This document shows, piece by piece, positions 1 to 9,695 of a stretch of DNA of 60,668 nucleotides. Source of the DNA: Acidimicrobiia bacterium (lineage in GTDB: Bacteria; Actinomycetota; Acidimicrobiia; Spongiisociales; SHLN01). Below the pieces are notes generated by a model. It made no database searches. It was not told the origin of the DNA and saw only the letters and a program-made list of their open reading frames with translations. The stretch spans positions 1-60,668 of the forward strand of contig JBFKDW010000008.1 in the NCBI GenBank assembly GCA_041619515.1, given 5' to 3'. Within the stretch, counting starts at the first letter, position 1. Each line of letters starts with the position of its first letter. The position numbers and the translations under genes were made by a program.

Positions 1-3000
1 GCCGTCCTCGACATCGGTGTCGTTGGCAACCACGTTGGCAGTCGTAAACGGGGTGTCCTCCATGGTCGTGAACCCAACCCCGGAATCATCCACCGCCACC
101 GGCGCATCATTGACCGCCGTCACCGTGATCGTCACCGTGGCGCTATCGCAGGCGCCGACCAGGTCGCAGACTTTGTATTCGAAGGTGTCGGTGCCGTTGA
201 AGTCGGGATCGGCGGTGTAGTCGAATGTGCCGTCACCGTTGGCGGCGGCGGTGCCGTCGGTCGGCGGGGTGAAGACGGTCGCAGAGGTGGGATCGAGATT
301 GCCATCCGGGTCGGTGTCATTGGCGGTGGCGTCGACCGCAACGGTGCCGTCTTCCGTGACCGTGCCGGTGTCGTCGACGGCGTCTGGGCCCATGAGTCCC
401 ATGGTGACGGTGGCGGTGTCGCACAGCGCAGACAGGTCACAGATTTGATACTCGAAGCTGTCGCTGCCGCTTTCGCCTTCCGTCGGTGTGTAGCCGATCG
501 TGCCGTCCGGGTTGGCGGTGGCAGTGCCTTTCGTAGGCGCGACCACGACTGAGACAGAGGCGGGGTCGAAGTCACCGTCGGCATCATCGTCGTTGTCCAG
601 GACTGCCACGACGACGACACCCGGGCCGAGGGTGCTCTCGATGTCGTCGAAGGCACGAGGCGCGTCGTTGACGGGAATGACTTCGACGAAGACGGCGGCC
701 GTTGCCGAGCCGCCGGATCCATCGTCGACGAAATACGTGAAACTGTCTGTTCCTGAAAAGTCGGAGGCGGGGGAATATGTGAAGGAGCCATCGGCTGCCA
801 GGGTCACCGTCCCGTTCGCCGGAGCAGAGTCGAGTGCACTATCGAGCGAATCGCCGTCGACGTCGGTGTCGTTGGCGAGCACGCCGGGGGCGATCACGAG
901 AAGAGGCGTGTCCTCGGCAGTCACGTAGCTGTCGCCGACACCAACCGGATCATCGTTCGACCCGAAAACGGTGACCGTCACGGTGACGGTGGTGGTGGCA
1001 CCTTCGGGGTCGGCCACCGTGTAGGTGAACGAATCGGTTCCGACGAAATCAGCCGGCGGGGTGTATTCGAGGCTTCCCTCGACGATGGCGCCACCGCCGG
1101 CGCTGACCGCATCGAAGCCGTCAAGAGTCAACGTTCCACCTTCCGGATCGGATGCCCCGGCCAGGGGGTCAAACGAGATCATCGTGTCTTCAGCGGTGAC
1201 CAGGGGTCCGGGGCCGGGAACGATGGGCGGGTCGTTCACGGCCGCCACTGTGAAGACGATCGTCTTGCTCGTGCAGGTGGTCGGGTCGCAGACATCGATC
1301 GTGATGGACTCGGGGCCGCTGTAATCGGCACCCGGCGTATAGGTGACGGAACCGTCGAGTTCCACGACGGCGGCGCCCGAGGTCGGTCCGGCCACGATGG
1401 TGATGGTCAGCACATCGCCGTCGGCATCAGAAGCGTCCACGAAGATGGTGGCCGGGGTGTCTTCCGTGGTGGCCGGCACCACGACGGTGACGACCGGGGC
1501 ATCGTTGACGGGGGCGACTGAAACCGAGAGTGTGCGCAGCTCACAGGCGCCGCCCTCGTCGCACACCTGCACCCGGAAGCGATCGGTCCCGTTGAAGTTG
1601 GGCGGTGGGGTGTAGGTGAAGGTGCCGTTTCCGTTCGACAAGACCAGCCCGTGGTCGGCCACGCCGACCAAAGAGACGGTGGCGGCGGCGGCATCTCCAT
1701 CGATGTCGAACACGGCCGCCAGGACGTTGATGACCGTCGTCGAGTCCTCGTCCAGGACCGCCGGGACCGGCCCCAGGCTGGGGGGATCATTGACGGGGGT
1801 CACCCGGATGGTCAGGGTGGCGGTATCGCACTGACCGGTGGGACCGCAGGCCCGGTAGGTGAGGGTGTCGGTGCCGGAGAAGTCGGGATCGGGGGTGTAG
1901 GTCAGGGTTCCCAAGCGGCTCAGGACCGCCGTGCCGTGGGACGGGCCGGAGACGACGGTCACGGACCCGTCATCCAAATCGTCGTTGGCGAGCAGGAACA
2001 CGGCTTCGGACCCGTCTTCAGGAAGGGTGAGTGCGTCGTCGTTGGCGGATACGACGGTCGCAGGCAGGGCCTCACGAGCCTCGAGCCTGGGGGCATCGAT
2101 GATGGCGGGGGCAACCACTGCCGTAGCGCCGATGGCAGTTGCGGCCAGGCCGGTTTGAGCTGCCACCGCTGCGTTCTGTGCCAGCGTGGTCGCTCCTTGG
2201 AGGGCGCTCTGGAAGAACGGCACCTGTGCCAGCCAGGAGAGCGGTCCCGCAACCCAGCGCTGGCGGCCCAGCGAGATGTTGAGGAAGGCCCGCACCACCA
2301 CGGGATCGAACTGGCTTCCGGCGCAACGGGCCAGCTCTTCGCGGGCCTCCGAGGCGGGACGGGCTTCTTTGTACGAGCGAACCGAGGTCATGACATCGTA
2401 GGTGTCCGCCACCGATGTGACTCTGGCGGCAAGGCCGATCTCCTCGCCGGCCAGGCCGTTCGGATAACCGTTGCCGTCGAATCGCTCGTGGTGCTGCCCG
2501 ATGGCCGCCGCGAACTCCCCCAGCCAGGGAAGCAGCGGTCCCGCCAGTTCCATCCCCCAGTCGGGATGCTTGCGCATGATCTTCCATTCCTCGTCGGTCA
2601 GCTTCCCCGGCGAGTTGATGACCTCGGAAGGAACTCGCAGCTTGCCGATGTCGTGCAGCATGGCGGCCCATTTGAGCTTGTTGCGCTCCTCCTCGGTGTA
2701 CCCCATCTCCTCGCCCAGCATGTCCGCATAGGCACGCACCCGATCGCCGTGGCCACGGGTGCGGGGATCGTGGGCGTTGAGGGCTGCCGCCAGGGCAAGG
2801 ATGGTCTCGGCCGCCTCGGTGAGGTCGTCGTGCCTGCCGGCGCGTTCGGCCCGGACCAGGAGCTCTTCCAGCGAGTGGGCGTTGCCCGACTTGAGCGAGA
2901 CACCGAAGCGGTTGGGAGCCTTGTCGGGAAAGACCAGGGACAGCTTCATCAGGACCGCCAGCGGCATCAGCCGCTTGGCAAACCGATCGGCCACTCTCAG

Positions 3001-3192
3001 GGCCAGCGTCGAGGCGGCCATCACCAGCAGCCACCAGAAGATCATCCCCGGCCACGTAGCCGGCGTCGGCAGCATGCGGGTGAGCTGCCAGGCAACCAGG
3101 ATGGCGAAGGCCAGCGGCAGCACGAACGCGGCCACTCGGATCAGATATGCCCGTACGGGCTTGCCCTCCCACGATCTAGATTGCTCAGCCAT
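1..3192 (-). CDS. Membrane HD-GYP phosphodiesterase fused to tandem Ig-like (Big_9/cadherin-like) repeats; runs off the left edge
   Basis: Missing from the ORF track because it has no stop in the window. Manual translation from ATG 3192 gives MAEQSRSWEG, two hydrophobic segments, then HDPRTRGH, LHDIGK, HHERFDGNGYP, VADTYDVMT and QFDP, then at least 7 ~90-aa repeats (NDxD...GTLTYTPDPDFSGTD...VTPVND). Confidence 0.9.
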   Translation of the reverse strand, partial: MAEQSRSWEGKPVRAYLIRVAAFVLPLAFAILVAWQLTRMLPTPATWPGMIFWWLLVMAASTLALRVADRFAKRLMPLAVLMKLSLVFPDKAPNRFGVSLKSGNAHSLEELLVRAERAGRHDDLTEAAETILALAAALNAHDPRTRGHGDRVRAYADMLGEEMGYTEEERNKLKWAAMLHDIGKLRVPSEVINSPGKLTDEEWKIMRKHPDWGMELAGPLLPWLGEFAAAIGQHHERFDGNGYPNGLAGEEIGLAARVTSVADTYDVMTSVRSYKEARPASEAREELARCAGSQFDPVVVRAFLNISLGRQRWVAGPLSWLAQVPFFQSALQGATTLAQNAAVAAQTGLAATAIGATAVVAPAIIDAPRLEAREALPATVVSANDDALTLPEDGSEAVFLLANDDLDDGSVTVVSGPSHGTAVLSRLGTLTYTPDPDFSGTDTLTYRACGPTGQCDTATLTIRVTPVNDPPSLGPVPAVLDEDSTTVINVLAAVFDIDGDAAAATVSLVGVADHGLVLSNGNGTFTYTPPPNFNGTDRFRVQVCDEGGACELRTLSVSVAPVNDAPVVTVVVPATTEDTPATIFVDASDADGDVLTITIVAGPTSGAAVVELDGSVTYTPGADYSGPESITIDVCDPTTCTSKTIVFTVAAVNDPPIVPGPGPLVTAEDTMISFDPLAGASDPEGGTLTLDGFDAVSAGGGAIVEGSLEYTPPADFVGTDSFTYTVADPEGATTTVTVTVTVFGSNDDPVGVGDSYVTAEDTPLLVIAPGVLANDTDVDGDSLDSALDSAPANGTVTLAADGSFTYSPASDFSGTDSFTYFVDDGSGGSATAAVFVEVIPVNDAPRAFDDIESTLGPGVVVVAVLDNDDDADGDFDPASVSVVVAPTKGTATANPDGTIGYTPTEGESGSDSFEYQICDLSALCDTATVTMGLMGPDAVDDTGTVTEDGTVAVDATANDTDPDGNLDPTSATVFTPPTDGTAAANGDGTFDYTADPDFNGTDTFEYKVCDLVGACDSATVTITVTAVNDAPVAVDDSGVGFTTMEDTPFTTANVVANDTDVEDG

Positions 3193-3228
3193 GACACGTC
3201 CGTGATGCCGCCGAAAACGTTCAGAATG

Positions 3229-3256
3229 TCATCGGAAGCGGACGGCTGCTCCTGTA
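3229..3256 (-). promoter_or_regulatory. Candidate sigma28/WhiG-type promoter of the HD-GYP gene
   Basis: Minus strand TACA-N16-TCCGATGA versus consensus TAAA-N15/16-GCCGATAA, about 36 nt upstream of the ATG. Confidence 0.45.
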
Positions 3257-3311
3257 GGGCTAGATACGTTCCAACCGGGGGCGGTACCGGCTGTGGCGGG
3301 CGTCGGGACGG

Positions 3312-4562
3312 TCAGTCTGATCCCAGGCCGGCCGGTGCCAGCCGGACTGCCGCCTCGATGGCGTTGTAGACCTGGCGAGTGAGGTTCCTGTCGCCCGGCG
3401 GCATCAGGTTGGACATGACCCGGAATGTCCACTCCATCAGCGGACGAGACCTGAATCCGGCGGTCATGAACGCCCGCATGATGGAGGGATTTCCGATGGC
3501 CCGAACGAACACCCTTCCGACCCGGTAGTAGTCGCCGAACTCGGCTTCGAGCTCCTCGGGAAACCTGCGCAGGATCGACAAGTCATCGGCCACCAGCGCC
3601 CGGTGGGCGGTGTCTGCAGCCATTCGCCCCGTCTGGTACCCGTAGGCGATGCCTTCCCCGGTGAACGGGTTGGTCGATCCCAGCGCGTCTCCCACCAGCA
3701 CCCAGTTGGGTCCGGCGATCGGCCCGCCCGACATGGCCATCGACAGCTTGCCCCCGACCGGTTCGGTGAGCCGGGACGTCCAGTCCACCTGCCAGTGGCC
3801 GGGAAGGTTGTGCAGGTAGGTATCGAGCAACTGGCCCGTGTTGACCCCCTTCCACCGTTTGCTGGTGGACAACAGCCCCACCCCGATGTTGACGGTCCGG
3901 TCACCGAGAGGGAAGGTCCATCCGTAGCCGGGGACGTTCTTTCCTTCCCTGTCTTTCAAATCGAGCAAGCTCTCCATCATGTCGTCGCCGGCGAATGGGC
4001 TCGAGTAGTACGCCCGCAGCGCCAAACCGTACGGGGCTTTGCGGTCCCGGCCGACACCGAGCGGGCGACCGAAACGCGACACTGCCCCGTCGGCGATCAC
4101 AACCATGCGGGGTGTCATGATCTCGGTGTCACCGTTGCGCGAAACGGCGACACCGGCCAGCCGGCCGTCGTCGATGACCGGGGCAGCCAGTGCTCCGTCG
4201 TGGATGACCACCCCCTGCTTCTCGGCCAGCATCGCCACCTGCTCATCGAGGTCGGCCCGGCGGATGATGGCGCCCCACCGCGGGTAGATCGGATGGTCGG
4301 GCCACCGCATCTCGAGCATCGAGCCGGCCCCGTAGGAGCGGAGCCCGTTGATTCTGTGCAGCTCGGGGACGTCGAAATCGAAACCCATCTGCTGGAGCTC
4401 GTGAATCGCCCGCGGGGTGAGCCCGTCGCCGCAGGTCTTCTCTCGCGGATAGGTCTTCTTCTCGATCAGCGCGACCGAGTGACCGGCCTTGGCCAGCCAG
4501 TGGGCGGCGCTGGCCCCGGAGGGACCACCCCCGACCACGACGACATCGAGAGACTGGGACAT
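3312..4562 (-). CDS. Geranylgeranyl reductase family FAD oxidoreductase (MenJ-like menaquinone side-chain reductase candidate)
   Basis: VVGGGPSG, REKTCGDGLTPRA, GYGWTFP and GD...NPFTGEGI motifs. Confidence 0.85.
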   Translation of the reverse strand: MSQSLDVVVVGGGPSGASAAHWLAKAGHSVALIEKKTYPREKTCGDGLTPRAIHELQQMGFDFDVPELHRINGLRSYGAGSMLEMRWPDHPIYPRWGAIIRRADLDEQVAMLAEKQGVVIHDGALAAPVIDDGRLAGVAVSRNGDTEIMTPRMVVIADGAVSRFGRPLGVGRDRKAPYGLALRAYYSSPFAGDDMMESLLDLKDREGKNVPGYGWTFPLGDRTVNIGVGLLSTSKRWKGVNTGQLLDTYLHNLPGHWQVDWTSRLTEPVGGKLSMAMSGGPIAGPNWVLVGDALGSTNPFTGEGIAYGYQTGRMAADTAHRALVADDLSILRRFPEELEAEFGDYYRVGRVFVRAIGNPSIMRAFMTAGFRSRPLMEWTFRVMSNLMPPGDRNLTRQVYNAIEAAVRLAPAGLGSD

Positions 4563-4646
4563 GGTTGCGGAGGTTAGTTGGCGACGTGCATCTGACGGAG
4601 AGGCAATTCGCCGGCTCGCAGTATGTCCGAGAGCATTCCGAACCGC

Positions 4647-5549
4647 TCAGGTCACGATCAGAGCGGTGCCCGCCGAGGCGAGGAGGGCGCCCACCCAGGC
4701 TCCGCCGGCGGGGCGCTCTCGGGTGAACATCCATATCAGCGGAAGCTGAATCACCGGCGACGTCGACACGAGGATGCTGACGATTCCCGGCTCGCCGGTG
4801 CTGAGCGCAACGAGAACCAGCGTCTTGCCGATGACCATGGCCAGGGTGCCCGACACGAGGATGATGCCCCACAGCTTCCAGCCGATGCGAGCCGGATACG
4901 GGATGCGGGCCCGACGCTCGAAGTAGCCCCGCAGAGCGATGAGCGCTCCCAGCCCCACGATCGCCCGGACCGCCGCCGCCGCCCATGGATCGATATCGGT
5001 TTCAAATGCCGGATCGGCGAGCAGGACCCCGCCGGCCTGGCCGGCGGCGCCCAGCAAGCCGAAGCCGACGCCAACCCAGAGGCGGCCCCGGATCTCTTCC
5101 CAGTGATGGTTCTGACCGGGCCGTGTGCCAAACCCGACGGCGAGAGTCACACCCACCATGACGAGCGCCGAACCGAGCAGCGCCGACGGCGAGAAGCGCT
5201 CGGCGAACAGCACCGCGCTGGCGACGGCCGCCATCGGGGCGTTGAGGGAGAACAGTATGCCGGTGCGACGCGGCCCGACGATCGCGAACGCCGAGAACAG
5301 GGCGACGTCGCCGAGCGCCAGCCCAACCACGCCGGAGGACCCGAGCAGCAGCACCTCGCGGGTCCCGAGCGAAGCCCAGTCGCCAAACAGAGTGGCGATG
5401 GAAGCGAGCGCCAACGCCACCCAATACATCCGCAACCGCGTGAACCGGGGCCCTCCCAGCGCTTTGGTGGGAGCGGCGGCAATGAGGCCCCCGAGCGCCC
5501 AGGTGAAGGCGGCCCCGAGCGCGGCTGCTTCGAATGGAAGAGCGCTCAT
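4647..5549 (-). CDS. DMT/EamA family transporter
   Basis: About 10 hydrophobic segments in two repeats; start uncertain (5549 or 5558). Confidence 0.85.
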   Translation of the reverse strand: MSALPFEAAALGAAFTWALGGLIAAAPTKALGGPRFTRLRMYWVALALASIATLFGDWASLGTREVLLLGSSGVVGLALGDVALFSAFAIVGPRRTGILFSLNAPMAAVASAVLFAERFSPSALLGSALVMVGVTLAVGFGTRPGQNHHWEEIRGRLWVGVGFGLLGAAGQAGGVLLADPAFETDIDPWAAAAVRAIVGLGALIALRGYFERRARIPYPARIGWKLWGIILVSGTLAMVIGKTLVLVALSTGEPGIVSILVSTSPVIQLPLIWMFTRERPAGGAWVGALLASAGTALIVT

Positions 5550-5588
5550 GTGTGGCACAGCCCGCGGGCAGGACGGAGTAGACCGGGA

Positions 5589-6524
5589 CTAGGGACTGGC
5601 GGTCGTGTCCTCGCCGACGGTGAGGCAGTCTGCCTCTACCTCGGCGGCGTCGAGGCCGCCGTGCGTGACGCGCTCGAAGATGACGACGGCGGCTATCTCC
5701 TCGGGCGTGAGGCCTGCGTCCTCATAGGACTGCATGACCCCGCCGCCTCCCACCGGCTTGTTCTGGGCCCCATAGGTGTCGCCGACTTCGTTGCGCCAAC
5801 GGTTGCTACCGAGCGCTACCCACGCGATGTGATCGGCGCAGGATGGGAACGTCTCCACCACCGCGCCCCCGGCCAGCGCCGGTCCCGTGCCCCCGCCTCC
5901 GTCTGCTCCATGACAGCTCAGGCAGGCAGGGGACGCGTCTACCGAGTAGAGCGCCGCACCCAGCCGGAGCGGGTTGCCGCCGAGAGAGCCGAATTCGGTC
6001 CCGTCACAATTCTCGGCCACGCCCGTCACCGGATCGACCGCCAGCGCACCCCCGCGACCGCAGCTGGGCCCGGTGGCGAAGGTGGCGGCATAGAAGAGGG
6101 CGACGAGCGGTACCACCATGAAGGTGGCGGCCAGCCAGCGCGGCAGTGACTTGCGCCTCAGCTCGCGAATCCCTGCCGAGCCCACGAGTACCTCCTCGGG
6201 CTCTTCCTCCGGCTCCGGCTCGGGCTCGGGCTCGGGCTCGGGCTCCGGCTCCGCCTCTGTGCTCGGCGACACCACTTCGACGTCGAGGGTGGCGGCGGGC
6301 TCAGCGGCAGGCGCCGCCGGCGTCGCCGGTGCCGCCGGGGCCGCCGGGGCATCCGACTGGGGGGCGGAACTCACCGAGCCGGCGTCGACACCCGCCCACC
6401 CGGCGAGGATCTGCTCGGGAGCGACGCCTTCGGCAGTTGCCCGAGCCCGCGCCGAACGCCCGACGAGCTCGGCAGGGGCCGATAGTGCGTCCGAGGCGGC
6501 TGAGAGAAGCTGTTCGAAATCCAT
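5589..6524 (-). CDS. Membrane-anchored monoheme cytochrome c with N-terminal helical module and Ala/Pro/Glu-Pro linker
   Basis: CLSCH heme motif, candidate axial Met (VMQSY), single TM after RRKSLPRW. Confidence 0.88.
   Translation of the reverse strand: MDFEQLLSAASDALSAPAELVGRSARARATAEGVAPEQILAGWAGVDAGSVSSAPQSDAPAAPAAPATPAAPAAEPAATLDVEVVSPSTEAEPEPEPEPEPEPEPEEEPEEVLVGSAGIRELRRKSLPRWLAATFMVVPLVALFYAATFATGPSCGRGGALAVDPVTGVAENCDGTEFGSLGGNPLRLGAALYSVDASPACLSCHGADGGGGTGPALAGGAVVETFPSCADHIAWVALGSNRWRNEVGDTYGAQNKPVGGGGVMQSYEDAGLTPEEIAAVVIFERVTHGGLDAAEVEADCLTVGEDTTASP
6211..6252 (-). repeat. 6-bp coding tandem repeat giving an (EP)n rod-like linker
   Basis: ggctc(c/g) x7 on the plus strand. Confidence 0.85.
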
Positions 6525-8462
6525 TTACTGCAGGCTCACGATGTACTGGGCGAGCGCATCGAGCTCGTCGTCTGTCAGGTAATCGTAGGAGGGCATCGCG
6601 GACCACGCGCGACCAAGGCGGGGGTTCGCCAGATGGCCGGCCACCCAGTCGACGTCGTCGGTGGGCGCCCGCCGACCGGCATGAGCCAGGTCCGGCCCGA
6701 GGCGGATGCGACCGAGCAGAGCAGGAGAGGTAAGGGTGACGTCCTGCCGACTGGTGACGGCCCCGAGACCGACGTCCGTGACGTTGGCGCGGACCTGTTG
6801 GGTGTGGCAGTACACACACCCCTCGGCGATGTAGATGTCCCGACCCTCGGCGACCAGGCGCAGGTCGAGGCCGAGCTCGGCAAGGAGGTCGGCTGCCTGG
6901 GGCGCACCGGTACCGGCGGCGAACGCCTCGTAGTCACGGGAGGAAACGGCCAGCAGGCTCGGCTCCTCATCGGACGCGTCCAGCACCGGCATGAGCACGG
7001 TGGTCAGGAAGGCGGCTCCGATGATGAGCACCGCTGCTGCCGCGACTTTGTTGGGCGGGAGCACTCCGAGCTCATCGGGCTCGGCAGCGTCACCGGAAGG
7101 GGATCCAATCGGAGAGAAGTGCCACCGACCGCCCACGGCCGTCCTCACGGCGAACCAGACCAGCCCGGCGGCCACGAGGACCCAGGCGAGCCAGCGGACC
7201 GTGTCGAAGCCGGCCAGCTGAGCAGTGGTGTTGACGAAACCTTCGCCGTAGTTGACGAAGTCCTGAGAGGCCGGCCCCGCCGACCAGGTGAAGCCGGTGA
7301 GCAGCCCCCCGAGCCAGAGGGTGGCGACCAGGACCGCCACGCCCGGGAACGCCAGCCGCAGCACGGACTCGCCACCCCCCCGCAGATGTGAGAGCAGCGC
7401 CAGCAGCCACATGCTTCCGGCGCCGAGCACTGTGATCACGAAGGTTGCCTCCGTCCAGGTGGTGAACTGGACGATGGTGCTGGAGGACCGGAAGGCCAGC
7501 GCCAGGATCTGCAATCCGAGCAAAGCGAAGAACGAGGTCCCGGCGAGTGCAAGGCGGACGGGTGTCGAACGGCGGGCGGCCGCCCAATCGATCGACAACA
7601 GCAGGTTGGCCACCGCCGCAGTGATGGGAACGAGCACGGCAATGGCAAAGACAACGGTGATGGTCTCGAGCCAATCCGGCCCCGGCCCGAACGTGAATGT
7701 ATGTGCCCCCACCCAGGCGAAGGTCCCCGCCACCGACCAGAAGCTGACAACCGCCAGCCGCATGCTGAACAGGGGCGTATCGGTCAGCTTGGGAATGATG
7801 TAGTAGGCGATGCCGAGACCGGCCGGAACCACCCAGAGGAAAAGCACTCCGGCCTCGGCGAAGCGGTTGACGAGCTCGAGATCCGTGCCGCGAAACCCGG
7901 CCAGGGAGCCAACGAGGTAGGAGACGAGCAGCCACCACACGGATGCCACGAAGAACCACACCGACACGTACACGTGCGGCTCCCGATGGGCGACGGCCGT
8001 CCGGGTCACAACCCGTGTCACCCCGGTGAGGCCGGCGATGATGGCGATATCGGAGTAGAACGGAAACTCGAAGAGCGGGACGCCCTGGTTGCCTCCCAGC
8101 GCTACCGCCACCAGGCCGATGACTGTGCCGGCGGCGATGAGGACCAGCGACAGCAGTGCCAGCGGCTCTTCGTGCAGTGGCGCCCCGGTGAGCCGCGGCA
8201 GCAAGTAGTAGATGGCGCCGATCAGCCCGATCGTGAGCCATCCGAACAGCAGCGCCCCGGTGAACACCGGGTGCAAGCGACCGTAGCTGAGCGGTCCGGA
8301 ATTGAGGAACCCGGGTGCACTCAGCTCGATAGCGAGCAGGAGGCCTGCCGCCGCTCCGATGGCGAGGAATAGTGCGGCGACCCGGAAGTGGATCTTGGCT
8401 AGTGCATCGGCTCGGGCGCCGATGTCGCTCTCTGGCACTGCCGTGTCTGTTGTCAACCTCAC
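6525..8462 (-). CDS. CcoN-like/CcoO-like fusion (cbb3 oxidase subunit I+II homolog); CcoN part lacks most metal ligands
   Basis: CcoN-like segments SYGRL.P, IYYLLPRLTG, VYVSVWFF and YYIIPK; CcoO-like YIAEGCVYCHTQQVR, RLGPDLAH and SAMPSY. Confidence 0.88.
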   Translation of the reverse strand: MRLTTDTAVPESDIGARADALAKIHFRVAALFLAIGAAAGLLLAIELSAPGFLNSGPLSYGRLHPVFTGALLFGWLTIGLIGAIYYLLPRLTGAPLHEEPLALLSLVLIAAGTVIGLVAVALGGNQGVPLFEFPFYSDIAIIAGLTGVTRVVTRTAVAHREPHVYVSVWFFVASVWWLLVSYLVGSLAGFRGTDLELVNRFAEAGVLFLWVVPAGLGIAYYIIPKLTDTPLFSMRLAVVSFWSVAGTFAWVGAHTFTFGPGPDWLETITVVFAIAVLVPITAAVANLLLSIDWAAARRSTPVRLALAGTSFFALLGLQILALAFRSSSTIVQFTTWTEATFVITVLGAGSMWLLALLSHLRGGGESVLRLAFPGVAVLVATLWLGGLLTGFTWSAGPASQDFVNYGEGFVNTTAQLAGFDTVRWLAWVLVAAGLVWFAVRTAVGGRWHFSPIGSPSGDAAEPDELGVLPPNKVAAAAVLIIGAAFLTTVLMPVLDASDEEPSLLAVSSRDYEAFAAGTGAPQAADLLAELGLDLRLVAEGRDIYIAEGCVYCHTQQVRANVTDVGLGAVTSRQDVTLTSPALLGRIRLGPDLAHAGRRAPTDDVDWVAGHLANPRLGRAWSAMPSYDYLTDDELDALAQYIVSLQ

Positions 8463-8585
8463 TCCCGAACGCTTCGCACGAGGTTACATCGAGCCGTCCT
8501 CGCCGGGCGATTCTCGTCCAAGGGATTGCGAAATCCAAGCCCCGCCGTCCGGGCCGGCCCCATTTGCTCCGGCTAGCGTCCCGAT

Positions 8586-9017
8586 ATGGACGACGCGGAC
8601 GCATTGGCCCGGCTATCCGCGGCTCGGGTTGCGGTTCTGGCGACCGTTCGGCCCGAGGGTGGCCCCCATCTGGTGCCCGTGACATTTGCCTCGCTCGGCA
8701 ATCGGCTCGTCTCGGCCATCGACCACAAGCCGAAGCGGACCGGCCGCCTGCAGCGGCTGGAGAACATCCGGGCCGACCCGCGGGTATCACTGCTGGTGCA
8801 CGGGTACGACGATACGTGGCGCCGGCTCTGGTGGGTGCGAGCCGACGGCTCCGCCGCGATCATCGATCGGGGAGTCGACTTCGAGGCAGCACGAGCGGCC
8901 CTGGTGGAGAAGTATGTTCACTATCGAAGCCGCTCCCCGGCAGGCCCGGTCATCGAGATTGCGGTCGAACGGGTGGTCGGGTGGGAGTCGTCCCCGGGTG
9001 AGGCCATCGGGACGTAG
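8586..9017 (+). CDS. PPOX-class F420-dependent oxidoreductase (Rv0121-like)
   Basis: LATV..PHLVPVTFA, IDHKPK and LWWVRADG motifs. Confidence 0.85.
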   Translation: MDDADALARLSAARVAVLATVRPEGGPHLVPVTFASLGNRLVSAIDHKPKRTGRLQRLENIRADPRVSLLVHGYDDTWRRLWWVRADGSAAIIDRGVDFEAARAALVEKYVHYRSRSPAGPVIEIAVERVVGWESSPGEAIGT

Positions 9018-9107
9018 TCTGCTCATCACGAAGCCGGCGACCACCGGCGCGGTAAAGTGGGCGCCGCATCACCGGGCGTGAAAGACTCGGCAGGATTAGG
9101 ACACGGC

Positions 9108-9695
9108 TTGACTGAGCAACGACGCAAACTCATCGGGATCGGCGGGATCGTCGCCGGGCTCGGCATGGTGGCGGTAGGCCTCGTCGTCGCCCACTTCACG
9201 TTCCTACCCACCGAAGACGCGCTCGGCAACGAGGTGCTCCCGTCGATACCGCGCGGCTGGCAGCTATACACACTCGGCCAGCTCGTCGCCGTCGGGGGCA
9301 GCCAGCTGATCGTGGCGGGGGTCTTTATCGGCTGGCTGTGGGAGAAACCCATCACCTGGGTGCGGGCGGCCGTTGCCTCGCTGCTCGGTTGGTTCCAGCT
9401 CGTCCTGTACTTTGGGATCATCCCCTCCGAGATGCTCAACCTGGCACAGGGGCCGCTCGAGTGGACATCCCGCACGGCCTTCACCATCCCGAGCTGGCTC
9501 GTGCTGAACAACGAGATCTCGATCAGCTGGCTGACCATCAAGGACGCACTGGTCGCCGGCTATTACACCAATGCGTTCATCGTGCTGATCGTCGGCATCT
9601 ACATGGCGCAGGTGTGGATCAAGAAGCGGGCCGAAGCCACCCCGGTCATCGAGATATCCACCTGGGGCAGGCCGATGCGGAAAGGCAGCGCCTGA
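9108..9695 (+). CDS. Uncharacterised multi-pass membrane protein, first gene of the Rieske/cytochrome b operon
   Basis: 3-4 hydrophobic segments; TGATG overlap with the ferredoxin; start uncertain (9057 or TTG 9108). Confidence 0.75.
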   Translation: MTEQRRKLIGIGGIVAGLGMVAVGLVVAHFTFLPTEDALGNEVLPSIPRGWQLYTLGQLVAVGGSQLIVAGVFIGWLWEKPITWVRAAVASLLGWFQLVLYFGIIPSEMLNLAQGPLEWTSRTAFTIPSWLVLNNEISISWLTIKDALVAGYYTNAFIVLIVGIYMAQVWIKKRAEATPVIEISTWGRPMRKGSA

